Source: the human T2T-CHM13v2.0 reference genome, Homo sapiens
Reading direction: 5' to 3' (one strand)
Assembly: GCF_009914755.1 (NCBI RefSeq)
Contig: NC_060929.1
DNA: 64,000 nucleotides
Below the pieces are notes generated by a model. The model worked only from the letters and a program-made list of their open reading frames with translations. It was not told where the DNA came from and did not search any database. Within the stretch, counting starts at the first letter, position 1, and the number at the start of each line of letters is the position of its first letter. This document shows, piece after piece, positions 41,400-54,666 of this stretch. A program made the translations under genes and the position numbers.

Positions 41400-42710
41400 A
41401 ATTATTCATTTTGCTTTCTGTTTTCCTGACTTCTGTGATACCCACACTCTTGGTTCTTCTTGAAACTATCTGATGGTTTCTCCACTGTCTCATTTGTAGA
41501 TACCTCTGCCTTTTTTCACCTCTTGAATGTTAGTCTTTTTAGCTGTCAGTGTTCTGTTCTTGTCACACTTCTCCTCTATGTAATATTCTGATACACTTAC
41601 AAAGTAGTAAATATGTGTTTGATCAATTAGACAATAAATAAATAGCTGCCCCCATTTGTTTCTAGAGTCTCTTTGACACCCATATGTTGATAACTCAAAA
41701 GTCTACATCATCTTGATGATCTGGACTTACATATATTTCAACATACCAGAGTTACAGCCATATGTTACCTAGACATTTATAATGCAATAAACAAAATGAA
41801 CTCATCTTCGGTATTCTCTATTTCAATGATTAGACCTACCCAGTCCCTCAAGTTAGAAACTAACTACACTTTTTTTGTCCTGCTCCCTTACCAATCCCAA
41901 TACAATCTATCACAAAATTCTGCCTGTGTTTTCTTCTAAGATTCTCTCATTCATTTTTCTCTCCATCTCTAACATTGCTTGATATCAGGCACTGATCATG
42001 CCTTCATCATTTCTCTTTCTGACTTTTTCAAGAGCCTCCTGCATTCTTACTTTTAGATATATTCCTTTAAATCACATTTTCTGTACATATATCATAGTAT
42101 CGGTATCAAAAACACAAATCTGATTTTATTGGACCTTTTTTTCACTCACCACTATACTAAAAAGGAAAATTAAACTTATGTTTTGCTATTTTCAGTATTT
42201 TCAATAGCTTTCCATTGCCTAGCAGTTAAAATACAATCTTCTTAACATGGCCCAGCAGGCCATCCCTATGAACCTCTTGACCTTTATCTTACAGCACTCT
42301 GCCTCTCACTTCATGCCTCAGTTGTGCAGTATTGCTTATGTCCCTCATCCAGAAACCATGTAATTTTTTAATTTTATGCCTTTATTGATACCATACCTCC
42401 CTTTTCCTCCTTTCTTCTATGTATTCCTACTCATTTTTATGAATGAGCCCTGGAAACCTCCTATGAAGGTACCCACGGAGGCTTTCATGATTTCCTTGGT
42501 TGGATTATGTGTTTCTATATACTCATTCAGAGTTAGCAAAACTTTACTTATGCATTGTTTTATAATTATCCATTCATATATTTGCCTCCTTTACAATACA
42601 GTGATCTTTAAGTGTGGACACTGTGTCCTTTTCATTTCTATTCCCAGGACATGGGCTAATGCTTGAAACACAGGAGACCCTCAAGAAGTATCTGCAAAAT
42701 GAACACTAGT
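41400..42710 (+). mobile_element. L2 relic
   Basis: ttctgtgatacccacactcttggtt, aaaatgaactcatc, caagttagaaact, tttcaatagctttccattgcc, cacaggagaccctcaagaagtatctg. Confidence 0.75.
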
Positions 42711-42914
42711 GAGAAAGGACGGCTTTTGTTAGCCTTCATCCTATAAATCTTGAAGACTTTAACCTAGAAGCATTGGAGGTCAGGTGGTTTACTCCAGGAG
42801 TTTTATTGCTGGCTTGATCTGTGATGTCTCATATTTATGTGCTGTTGGGCAAGGGAGATATAGAGAGGGATAAGCTCTTGGCTATTCTTGTTTGCCCTGG
42901 TAAATCACAGGTCT

Positions 42915-43672
42915 GCCCATTCAACTGCATAAATATTTCTGAAATGCATTCACTATTTTTAGTTCAGACTACAACATCGCATGTCTGGATTCCTAAGCAA
43001 CCTCCCCATAACTGACTTCCTTGGCTTAAGTCTATTCTTTTCCAATTCATTTCCCATACATAATGTAACCACAGTAATCTTTTCCAGATGCTAAAGTTCC
43101 TTATTTGGTTCCAAAACTTTTAGACAAAAGTTCAAACTCTTTAATGCAGCGTATAATGATACAGTTTATAATCTGAGTCTTGCTTGCTTTTCCAGCCTTG
43201 TGGCTCACTATGCTGTCCTGGACTACCTGAGTTCTTGCTAGACTGCATGGCTATGGTTCATTGAATTTGCTTTATTTCACTTACTTCTGGGTCTTTGGAT
43301 TTGCTTGGGACACTCCTCCTTTTTATCCCCATTCTCATTTTCAGCTAACTCTTAACTGATTGTTCAGAGTATAGCTTATGTGTTACTTTATCCAGAAAGC
43401 CTTCCTTGATGTCCAAAAATGTTCAGGAATGTTTTAGGTCTCCCCGTCTACCAGTTTCTCAACCCATATGCTCCTGTCACACCCCTGTTCTTCCCTCATA
43501 CATAAGCATCACATGATCATAGCTGCCTTTCATATTGTCTTTGTAACCCACTAAATTAAGTCCTGTGAAGGCAGAAACCACATCAATTGTATTCTTTGTT
43601 TTATAGTTAGTATCTAGTACAGGAGCTTGCACAAATTCCTGATGAATATTATGAATTGAATGAGTGAATGTT
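42915..43672 (+). mobile_element. L2 3' region
   Basis: ccagaaagccttccttga..tcctgtgaaggcagaaacca..gtatctagtacaggagcttgcaca..tgaattgaatgagtgaatg tail. Confidence 0.8.
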
Positions 43673-44939
43673 TGAATATAGGGTAATTTTATGTTATCCA
43701 CTGGATTTCATGTTACTATGATGTTGAGTAATTACAAGAGAAATACGACTAGAACTCTGAAGTTTTTTTTTTAATCTACTAGTTATACATAAGACTTCTC
43801 CTGATAGTCCTGTGTTTGTTGTTTATTAGGTGTCCAATGAGGAACTTGGGTTTTATGAACACTAAGTCCCTACCAATCCCAACAGTATGTCTGAATCTCT
43901 GAGTTCCCATAAGAAGAAAGATTCTTCTCAAAATAAATCACTAATAAGGGAAATTTGGTGACTGATTGAAGCTAAGGAAGATAACCTCATTTCTACTTCT
44001 GTAAGGAGGAAAATACCCTCTCTGCCAAAGTAAGTGGATGCCTCTAGGTCACTGGCAATGATCTGATTTGCCAGGAATAGTTTTCTGGAACCATAATGGA
44101 ATTTGGGTCTGGTTCCATGAGAGAAGTGTGGGCTCAGGAAGACAAGCTTTTAAGTATTGTTGTCAAGGATTTTATGGTCTTATGAGGTATAGGGGCAAAA
44201 TTTATTAATGACTCAGCAAGGCTGCCCTAATTTTAGGCCTGAAGGTAAGCTTGCAACACTTCAGAGAGTGGGAGACAGGGAGGAAGTATTATCACTTCAA
44301 CTGAGTCTTGTTTTATTTATAAATACTGTGTTGATGAATTTTAAATTGGTCATCCTTAATTTGGGGCCTAAAATAGATCAGACCTCTTTCTTAGTTCCCT
44401 CCTTTGAGTCAAAAGAGACCAAAATAAGAATTTATATACGTATTACCAAGTATTGGGTGTGCCATGTTTGGGGCTTTATTTAGTGCACTGGGTAATTAAC
44501 GCAATATGTAGAAAAATATATCTTTTCTTCCTTGCAAATAAGTCAAGGGTTCAAGGATCAGTCCTTTAAGAAACTTGGTTTTTCTCCTATTTCTCATATT
44601 AACCGTAGCTTGACCAGTTCTCTCTCTGGTTTGTCACTGTCATAAGAAGACCCAGGGAAGGAATGGATTACACAGTTTGAATGAATCACTACCACTCATG
44701 TGTAAGTTGGGAGCTTGAATTTCATGGCCTCTTATACTCTCAGTTCAGGAGGTCTGTGAGAATAAAGGCTCATCCTTCAGTAAATTCTAACAAGGCAAAT
44801 TTGGTGACTAATCAAGCCATACACAAACCTTCTTCATAGTCCATACTTTATGTTGGGTCAGTAGCATGAACTGTGACAGATAAATGACAAATATGTTATT
44901 ACTGGCATATTATATTTAGTTAGCTAGAATTTGGTCTAA

Positions 44940-45055
44940 AGAAAACTAGCCTTAGAGTCTAGAAAGGAACTGGACTCTGCCTCCAGTTGTGCGGCTTTGG
45001 GTAAATCACTTTAAACATTTGAACCTCAACTTTTTTATTCATAAAGCAGACTAAT
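44940..45055 (+). mobile_element. MIR fragment
   Basis: tgtgcggctttgggtaaatcacttta..tgaacctca. Confidence 0.55.
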
Positions 45056-45650
45056 TTGAACAAAGCAGAGAGATCAGGAAAATATACACAGTTTGATGAA
45101 CGGAACCAGGAAAGTCAGGGGGTCGGGGGTGTTGAAGTGTGTGCTATGGTTAAATTCCATTAACAAACTATCCCTCCAAATTCAGATAGATGTACACACA
45201 CACGAGCTTCCTACTTATGCTCAGATCCTGCTTCTCATGTACTTTCTCTAAGCCTCTGTTGCATGTCACCAACATGCAGGTGGCAACTGATACATTTGTA
45301 GGGACCATTTCTTTTTAACATACACACGATCACATCCATGTGGGAGGATGACCTAAGCATTACTGTGCACCCACTGAAGCCTAGACAAAAGATCAATGTT
45401 ATCCATGAATTACATTGTTTAATCCTCAAACCTGTGTTCTGACGCAGGCATTTCTATACCTTCATAATAATTATAATTATAATATGGGAATAATTCTGGA
45501 GAAAAGAAAGGCAGAAGGCTCAGATCCTGCTAGCAGACAAGTTTTAGACTTAAGGAGTTAACACAGTAGGGGGTAGAGGGAATCTGGATCTTGAAGGTCT
45601 CTGTGGTTGAATGGTCAACACTTGCTTCAGTTCTGGGGAAAGGTTATGGG

Positions 45651-45846
45651 CAGGGCCACCATACGCAAGTGGGCAGATGCTTCACAGGACAAGAGTGCCA
45701 CAATTTCACAAGGGTGCGAGTGCAGGCAGAACCCAGCTTGTGCTCCCCTTACCAGCTGCCTGCCTTGGCAGAGGTTGGGACTGCCCAAAGAGAGGGTCAC
45801 CTTTTGTAGTACACACCAAGCCATCATTTATTGTTCCAGCCATCTG
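45651..45846. mobile_element. MER91-like (hAT) relic
   Basis: Begins cagggccaccatacgca..; later gagagggtcaccttttgtagtacacac. Confidence 0.45.
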
Positions 45847-46092
45847 CTTGTGGAGTTGCTCCTTTTTCCTAATTTCTACAGAGACACCATGTAGCCTAAC
45901 TGATGCTCTGGCCAGGGCTTGGAGGAATTTGAGAAACAGCAACAAACCTACCCAGCTGAAGACTAGGCTTTTGTATACAGAGCATTGTATTGCATGAGAA
46001 AAGTATAAATTATTCATGTTAATGTCATAAATATTCTGTCTTCAAAGCTCAGTATTTTAATACTTAGAGCTCAGTATTTTTTAGTATAAAGC

Positions 46093-46308
46093 TCTGCTGT
46101 CCCATATGGTAGCCACTAGCCACAGGTAGCCATTTCAATTTAAGTGGAAAAACATTAAATAAAATAAAATAAATAATTCCTTAGTTACAGTAACCACATT
46201 TCAAGTGTTTAAAAGCTGTAGCTAGATGTGCTAGTGACTACCATATAAGATAGTGCAGAATTATAGAACATTTTAATCACTGCAGAAAGTTTTATTGGCC
46301 AGCCCTGG
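46093..46308. mobile_element. MER3 (hAT-Charlie) MITE
   Basis: ctgctgtcccatatggtagccactagccaca...ccacatttcaagtg..tagaacattttaatcactgcagaaagttttattggccagccctg. Confidence 0.88.
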
Positions 46309-46489
46309 AATAATCAACTGTTTCTAGTCTACAGATTGTTCCTTGATCCACATTAAATTATTCAGGCCACTATAATTGTATTGGCTTTAGTAGATGATTG
46401 CCTACCAAACCTAAATAGTATGTAAATGCATGTAAGAATCTTAATGTGGTTTCCAAATTTTCAAACTCAACTGTATTTTTTTAGCCCTT

Positions 46490-48300
46490 TCCCAGTTCCC
46501 CTTCCCAGAGGCAACTCATGTTATCATTTTATGTATTCTTCCTGAGATTCACAAGAATAGATCTAGCACACTCATGTACACAAACATACCTTCTTATATT
46601 TATCTTTATCACTTGGATGACAGAATATGAGTTGTTCCACACATTGATATTTTCCACTTCATACTATATTTTGAATATCACCCCATATTAATACATAAAG
46701 AGCTTCTTCATTCATTTTAAGACTGTATGGTATTCCATTATGTGAAGGGGTGTGTGTGTGTGTGTGGTTTTAATTGTTTGCTGTTATAAATAATATTGCA
46801 AAAAACTTATATATGTATGTTATTTCACATGTTTAAGATGATTTGTATACAATAAATTTCTGAAAGAGAAATTGCCATTTCTAGGTGATATTCATTTGAA
46901 ATTGGCATGGATATAAGCAAATTTATCATAATAGGAGTCATACCAATTTATACTTTGACTATCAGTGTGCCTGTTATCTCTACATCATCGCCAAGGGTAC
47001 ATTATCTGTTTTCTTGCCAATTTTATAGATGAAAAATTACATATCAATACAATTCTAACTTGAATTTTTCTTCTTATGAATGCGAAAGGCAGCTTTCATG
47101 TGTTTAATAATAATTTCTTTAAGTTTTTGACTGTCAAAGGAATATTTCTTTATATTTGAAGTCCTTTTAACTGGGATATGACTCATGTTGACCCATTGGG
47201 GTCAATATTCTCAGGGACATGATGTGTCATATCAATATTTAACTTCAAGTCTTCTTTAATTTTAGAAATGTTTTCTTGAATTTTATTCTTATAAATTTAT
47301 GCTATTTAATTATTTGTAGATTTCTTCTTTGGCGACTTCAATTATGCATGTAATCCCCTTTATCTATTCTCCCTGTCAGTTTCTCTTGAATTGAAAAAAA
47401 ATTATTATTTCCTTTTTATTTTCTTACATCATTATTTATTCCTATTATTGTGTTTTTAAAACTTCCCGTTTTACATTTCTTCCAGTTTTGTCTTCATTTA
47501 TGTGTTTTGTTTCATTTTTTTTCCCGAGCTCTTTTGTTCACATTTTGTCTCCTCTTTCATCAGCATTTCATCTGTGAACCTTTATATTTCTGTTTTGTCT
47601 CCTTTTTTTTTATAGGGATAATTAATCCTTTAATTCAGAGGGGCTATTCATGATGGTATATTTTGGTACAATTTTTATCTGTTATGTGCTAATTTTTTCT
47701 AGTGGCTTTTCTTTTTTGACTTTTATTTTATATATTTCTTTCTGCATTTTTCTCTTGTCAAAATTTTGTATAGAAATTTTGCTGCTTTTTATGTTCAGTG
47801 TTCATCTTTGAAGGAGGTAAAATTTCCCTGGATCAGGTATTGATAGGAAATTGATGTGCAGAGGAGCGAGCACAGAATCCCAGGCTAACTGGAGTTTTCT
47901 TATCCTTGGGTGTGTAGGAAGTTCATATAGCATTTACTTCTCCCCAGCTTTGGGATTGTTTACAGTGTAAGGTCTCTCGTCTGCCTTGCTGCTGCAGAGA
48001 CAGCCAGCTTCCTGGAAATATAGCTTGACTATGTGATTTTTGTTTTTAGCTCCACCCTTATTTGCTGCTGCCCCCAGTGTGTGTACCATTGTCCAGCTGT
48101 TAAAAACAAAGGATTTAGCAACTGGGACTCAGGTTGTGTTCTTCTCTTTCAAGAAAATATCTTTACTGTTTTTTCCCCCTAGACCTACTGCTGTGAGTCC
48201 CTCCACCTGATTCTTTCTGCACTGCCCTTAACAAGATGTGAACAGTCCTCTAGACCTATTTTGTAGTTTGGCACTTCAGCTGTTTTCTATTTTTACCAAA
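46490..48300 (-). mobile_element. Old L1ME-like fragments (3' end plus more 5' pieces)
   Basis: ccttcccagaggcaac, gactgtatggtattccatt, taattgtttgctgttataaataat, taccaatttatact; right boundary uncertain. Confidence 0.6.
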
Positions 48301-49129
48301 AATGAAGTTTGCATTCTGAGTTTTGACTTTATTCTTAGGAAAGAAAGACAGAAACACCCACCTTCCACCACCATCTTTAAAATAGGAAACTCATGCATTA
48401 TTTTGTGGAATACTTTGTATTTTTTTAACTTTTCCAAAAACAAACAAACAAACCCTAAGGTATGAGTCATAATATTTCAGCCTTTACTGATTATTTTATT
48501 TTGATCAAGGCTATGATTTTCAGTTGCTTAACAGACACTTCCTTATAGAAATTCTACCAATACATCAAACTTTCACTTTTTAGAGATAAATTCATCCTCG
48601 TTTTTTTCTACAAATCTATTTTTCTAGGATTATGAAACTCCCTTTTAGCAGTCTTCAAAGTTTAGCTCTTTTATATTCTCCTCACTCCACATATTTATAA
48701 TTAATTAATAACTTTTGTAATAACTAAGGCATTTATCGAACCTCACTATACATAAGGTAGTGTGCAAGGTGTTGGATAGTAATGGCCTTGGACTTGGATT
48801 AAAGGTGTTTCTCCCCTGAGTTCTTAAGTTTTTAAGGATCCTACATGTCATAAATCTACATTAAAAATTATTTAAAAACTCATAGGCATCTCTTTCACTT
48901 AGGATCCAGAGCTCAGTACCTGCACAGATGTTCTTATGGCCCAAGGAAATCCTTCTCCACATCTCTTGCCCTATTACCTTGAAAGAAAAAGTGGCTGCCC
49001 CAAATCCCCAAACGCCATGAACATTGGAGGATGGTGCCCCTGTCCATGTTGCATTTGGATGCCTCTTTGGAGTATCAGGAGGATTTGAGCAGTGGAAGCT
49101 CTTAAGAAAGAAAATACAAATTATTTTAA

Positions 49130-49983
49130 GAAGAAAACAACCCCATCAAAAAGTGGGTGAAGGATATGAACAGACACTTCTCAAAAGAAGACATTTATGC
49201 AGCCAAAAGACACATGAAAAAATGCTCATCATCACTGGCCATCAGAGAAATGCAAATCAAAACCACAATGAGATACCATCTCACACCACTTAGAATGGCG
49301 ATCATTAAAAAGTCAGGAAACAACAGGTGCTGGAGAGGTTGTGGAGAAATAGGAACACTTTTACACTGTTGGTGGGACTGTAAACTAGTTCAACCATTGT
49401 GGAAGTCAGTGTGGCGATTCCTCAGGGATCTAGAACTAGAAATACCATTTGACTCTGCCATCCCATTACTGGGTGTATACCCAAAAGACTATAAATCATG
49501 CTGCTATAAAGACAGATGCACACGTATGTTTATTGCGGCACTATTCACAATAGCAAAGACTTGGAACCAACCCAAATGTCCAACAATGATAGACTGGATT
49601 AAGAAAATGTGGCACATATACACCATGGAATACTATGCAGCCATAAAAAATGATGAGTTCACGTCCTTTGTAGGGACATGGATGAAGCTGGAAACCATTA
49701 TTCTCAGCAAACTATCACAAGGACAAAAAACCAAACACGGCATGTTCTCACTCATAGGTGGGAATTGAACAATGAGAACACATGGACACAGGAAGGGGAA
49801 CATCACAAACTGGGGCCTGTTGTAGGGTGGGGGGAGGGGGGAGGGATAGCATTAGGAGATACACCTAATGTAAATGATGAGTTAATGGGTGGAGCACACC
49901 AACATGGCACATGTATACATATGTAACAAGTCTGCACGTTGTGCACATGTACTGTATAACTTAAAGTGTAATAAAAAAAGAAA
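49130..49983 (+). mobile_element. L1PA4/L1PA5 3' end, 5'-truncated, ~850 bp
   Basis: Open 203-aa ORF2 C-terminus ([18 protein letters not shown] zinc knuckle, ends SLIGGN); G-rich 3' UTR tract; A tail; TSD aaattattttaa at 49118-49129 and 49984-49995. Confidence 0.96.
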
Positions 49984-52558
49984 AAATTATTTTAACTTGT
50001 CATATTCTTTCTCTCAGCATAAATGCAATAAATTCAACTATAGCAAACTACCAGTAGTGCTAGCATCTATTTTATGTTGCTTCTGATTTACAGTTCATGG
50101 CTCAGGAAGTACTTTTAAATTAGCACATTATGTGTCACTCTTGCACATGGAGAACAAGGAACATTTTACAATATTAAATAATTCATAGAGCTTATAAATA
50201 AACATAGGTCTAGCTGTAACACAGTGGAGCCAATTCTTTAATATTAGCAACTAAATGGATGTTGATCACTAAAATTTCAAATAGTTTTATTTTTATAAAT
50301 GTATTTCATAAGAATAAGTGGCATGTTTTTCAAAATTAAATGACAAACTTTAGATTTATAAAATAATTATAAATTTTGATTACCATAAATTACATTTTGT
50401 ATTTTGCTTATAATTTTGAAAATTTTGAGTATTTTAGAAGAAAAGTAATATTTTAAAAACTTATGAAAAATAACCTTCACTTATTTATATTAATATTTAC
50501 TTTCTTATGCAAGTTTGACAAAAATACACTTAAATTTTGAAAACTATTTATGTGCTTGTACTTTTATTCCTTTAGATCATTGATGTTAATAGAACACAAG
50601 TTGTGTAAAACTTGGTCATGCAGCATAGTCATCCTACTGAAATAAAGGCTGAAAAATAAATTAATTGAATAAGCATATTACTAGTTTATGACTTATACAT
50701 ATTTTTACTCTATTGCTTATCCAAACATTGTTGATCCATGAACAGTGTCCTCAGATATGTAAAAGAATAAGTAAATTTAGTTATTTTTAAAATTTGGCTG
50801 ACTTTTAGTCATATCAAAACATAACTTTTATATATTTTTAATTCTGTCATTCAAAAATATATTTGTCAAGATTAAGAGGGTAGACCATGGTTAAATCACC
50901 ATCTGAGAGTCTACTTGATTAACTTTTATGTATTTAGAGATACTACATGTGGACTTTAATTTGTAGTCTGGCCCCAGGCTTGGCAAGTGAATATGAAGGC
51001 ACAGGCCCTGTCCCTAAGGAGCGCATTATCTAGGTTCCTCCTTCTCAATTTCTTTCTCAGAGTCTCTTACAAGCCTCATTTTCATTCCCATCCATATTAT
51101 GTTCACTGAATTCCCCTTTTAAAGGATCTCTAATTCCAGTGGACTTACAATGCTTTATTAATATTTCAAATCCTTATAGTGTCTTACACATAACAAGGAC
51201 TAAATAAATAATTATGAACTGGAGTTAATTGAGTTGAAAGAAAAAATAAATGAGAGAAGGAGAGAAGGAAACATCTGTCAAGAGAAATAAACTGGTGGGT
51301 GTTGAGGAAGGAAGAGTGATTGTGACTTGGAGAAGGTCATTTGAATGTTACTACATCTATGAAAATTGCCTTAGAAATCACCTTATATAATTTCCTGGAA
51401 TATAAAGTAGCAGGCACAATTTTCACATTCACATAACTTTCTTAAAACTAGAAAAGATTTAGCAGAAAACATTATTGTGTCAGTCCAGGAAGTCTTATTT
51501 GTTATAGGTCTCTTCAGGAAAGATTTGGAAAGAATTCTCATCCTTAGATGCTTTTGTTCACAATTGAAAATCTAATCAATATCTTGCTCCTGGCTATAGG
51601 ATCATGTAAATAACTTTTTTTTTTAACTGTGTGTGACTTTACTTTCACAATATGAACCAAGATTTCTCTCCTACATGCCTACCATTAAATAAAACAAATG
51701 TATTGGTGAGAACCAAAGAAACCTTGATAAAATAGGGCAGTTATCATTTTCATGGATGGAAAAGACAAGATATTGGCTAGTTAGAGAACAGAATCTTGAA
51801 AATTCCTTTTGTGAGTGATTCTATTTCTGCCAAACATACATATTAGAAACACTAGTTTGGGAACTGCTGTGTAGAAAAGAAAGCTATGAAACTATTACAG
51901 ACTGTGTTCCATTGCTCAGAAAATATGAAGAAAATGTCTCTTATGACCGAAGTATATTATTTACTATTAAATTATATACATTATTTCTCATATATTATTA
52001 TATATTTTTATTATTTTTCTCACCCCATGACAGAAGGTCAAAGATTAACAATGATATTTTGAAATATTGAAAGTTAAGGCTGGAGAAAAATTTCTATTAA
52101 ATCGTTAAGGAAGGTATCATTTGAATGTAAAATTTTAGGGGAATAAAATATAAAAATGAGTAATTTTTTTTTTTACTGTAGTGTAAGACTAGCTATCCTT
52201 GCTCCAGAAGGACGGTAGATCACACGCATGGCTATTTGCTCTACTTCTTTTAAACTGCATCAGGAAAATCTATTTTATTCAAAAGTTTAGTAAAAATAAT
52301 TAAGTTTGATGAAGTGACTTATTTCATTTGCTGCTTCGTATGGCATTTAGATCTAATCCATGTAATTAAAGATTTATTTCTAACTAAATCTAGAGCAGAA
52401 ATGTTGCTAAGGATAACCAACTAAAAGTTGATAACTGACAAGTAACTATAAGTAGATACCTTAATTAGACACTGTCTGCAAAGGCCACCGTGGGGGCTGG
52501 GAGGGGTGGAAGAGCTAAGTACTGTGTTTTGATTTTGATTTCTTTGTCTATGTGTATG

Positions 52559-52560
<2 letters not shown>

Positions 52561-52599
<39 letters not shown>
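52561..52599. repeat. (TG)19 microsatellite
   Basis: Pure TG run. Confidence 0.97.
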
Positions 52600-52601
<2 letters not shown>

Positions 52602-53234
52602 CAATTGACAAGGTTTTCTCTAATTAGTAGAATTACCACAGATACATACAGCAGAGTCTCATAGTTCTCATCTATTCCCCCTTTTTTAAACTTTCTGCCT
52701 CAGAGTTTTAGAAAGATTGACTATTGGTTAATGAACTGGAAAAAAGTGTGAATGAATATAGCTGAGGAAAGGTCTTACGTGGTCCAAAGAAAAGGAAAGA
52801 TTTGATACAGGGAATAAATGAGTTGGCAGCTTAGATAATGTTCAGGGATGTATAGTTGGAACTTCTGAAATTAATTATTCAGCAGCTAGAGACCTTTACC
52901 TCTAAGCTAATGTTGGTTTAAGTGATTCCTCTTAGTAATGGTCATAAACTAGAAAGGAAAGATACAATTACCTTTTAGAACTTAGAGATTTCACATTTAT
53001 TCCCCAAATATTGATTTTACTCTCTAAAATTATCTACTTTGATGGTATACACTGTTTCTCAAGCAATTTATTTTTAACAGGATCCTTAAAATTCATGCAT
53101 AACCATTTTTCCCCAGTCTTCAATCACGATGGGAAATAAAGACCCAATTTATAATCAGAGTTCTTTTATATCAGCTCCTCCCAGGTAATTATTTTATCAG
53201 AATACCTAGCCTCTCTTCCACAACTTTAGTGGCT

Positions 53235-53289
53235 GGTGTCTACTATTCTCTTATATAGTCAGGTGTCTATTATTCTCTTATATAGTCAG
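53235..53289. repeat. 27-bp tandem duplication
   Basis: ggtgtcta(c/t)tattctcttatatagtca x2, one mismatch. Confidence 0.93.
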
Positions 53290-53704
53290 TAGGGAGGCAA
53301 CCATAGGTCCTCTCTCATCCTGAACTCATGTGACCTAGGGCTTCAGCAAAGATGCTGTCCACCTTCACCTTCAGTGAATGTTGACCCAATTTTGGTTCTT
53401 GCTGATCCTACTTCTAAACTAGAATTGTTATACCCTTTGGTGATCTGCCAAAGTCAATCTAAAATTCCCAGGGAGTGTTTATAGTTTAGGCTTCACTAAT
53501 ATCCATACCAAACTTCTCTATACAAATTTGTGTGTACTTGACTAAAACCAAGTATTTAAATTATCAGAAAAAGCCTGTTTCAAATAGCTAGGCTCTGTGA
53601 GTCCCTCGAATACTGAAGAGGCAGTAATTAGACAAAAGTTAAGCTCCTGGGTATTTATTTGACAGTGTGAACTACAATATCCCTTGGCAGATGAAAACTT
53701 CCTG

Positions 53705-53855
53705 TGAATTTATTCAACGCATTCCTAAATATTATGTACTCCCTAAGTGATATGCATTGTTTCAAATACTAGATATACGGCTGCCAACAAAATACCCAAA
53801 ATTTTGCCCACATGAAATTTATCTTCTAGTGGGTGGAGAAGACCATCAACAATTT
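53705..53855 (-). mobile_element. L2 3' fragment
   Basis: atttattcaacgcattcctaaat..tttgccccacatgaaatttatcttctagtggg. Confidence 0.55.
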
Positions 53856-54285
53856 TTGGTGTTCTTACTTGTTAATGCTGCTTAGTAGCTATGAAGAGCC
53901 TGCACCAACAAGGTGGGGTTAAGGAAGGGAAACTTCAAATAATGGAACCATTACCAATGATTTTAAAGGTTGCTGTTCCTAGCACTCACTAGCCTACCAC
54001 CCAAATTCTGAAAAGCCAGGAAACATATTAATCTCCCTATTACGTTGTTTTGAAAATCCTCTATGATAAAACTTTTTGTGTCTTGGTCATTCAAACAGAT
54101 ATAATTTATCAATTAAAGAAGCATCTCAAAAATGAATGAGAAGAATCTTGAGTCCTCTTGGTCTAGTCTTTTGTTAGATCCTTTCTTGATTTTTCAAGTG
54201 TTAGAGTCATCCAAAGGTCAATAAAATCTAACTAACTAAAAAGCAGTATCGAACATTTATTTTGATGATTCAAAACAGTGAGAAG

Positions 54286-54666
<381 letters not shown>

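Noticed and set aside
49157-49768. 203-aa ORF as a gene
   Set aside because: It is the C-terminus of L1 ORF2p in a 5'-truncated insertion with no promoter or RT domain.
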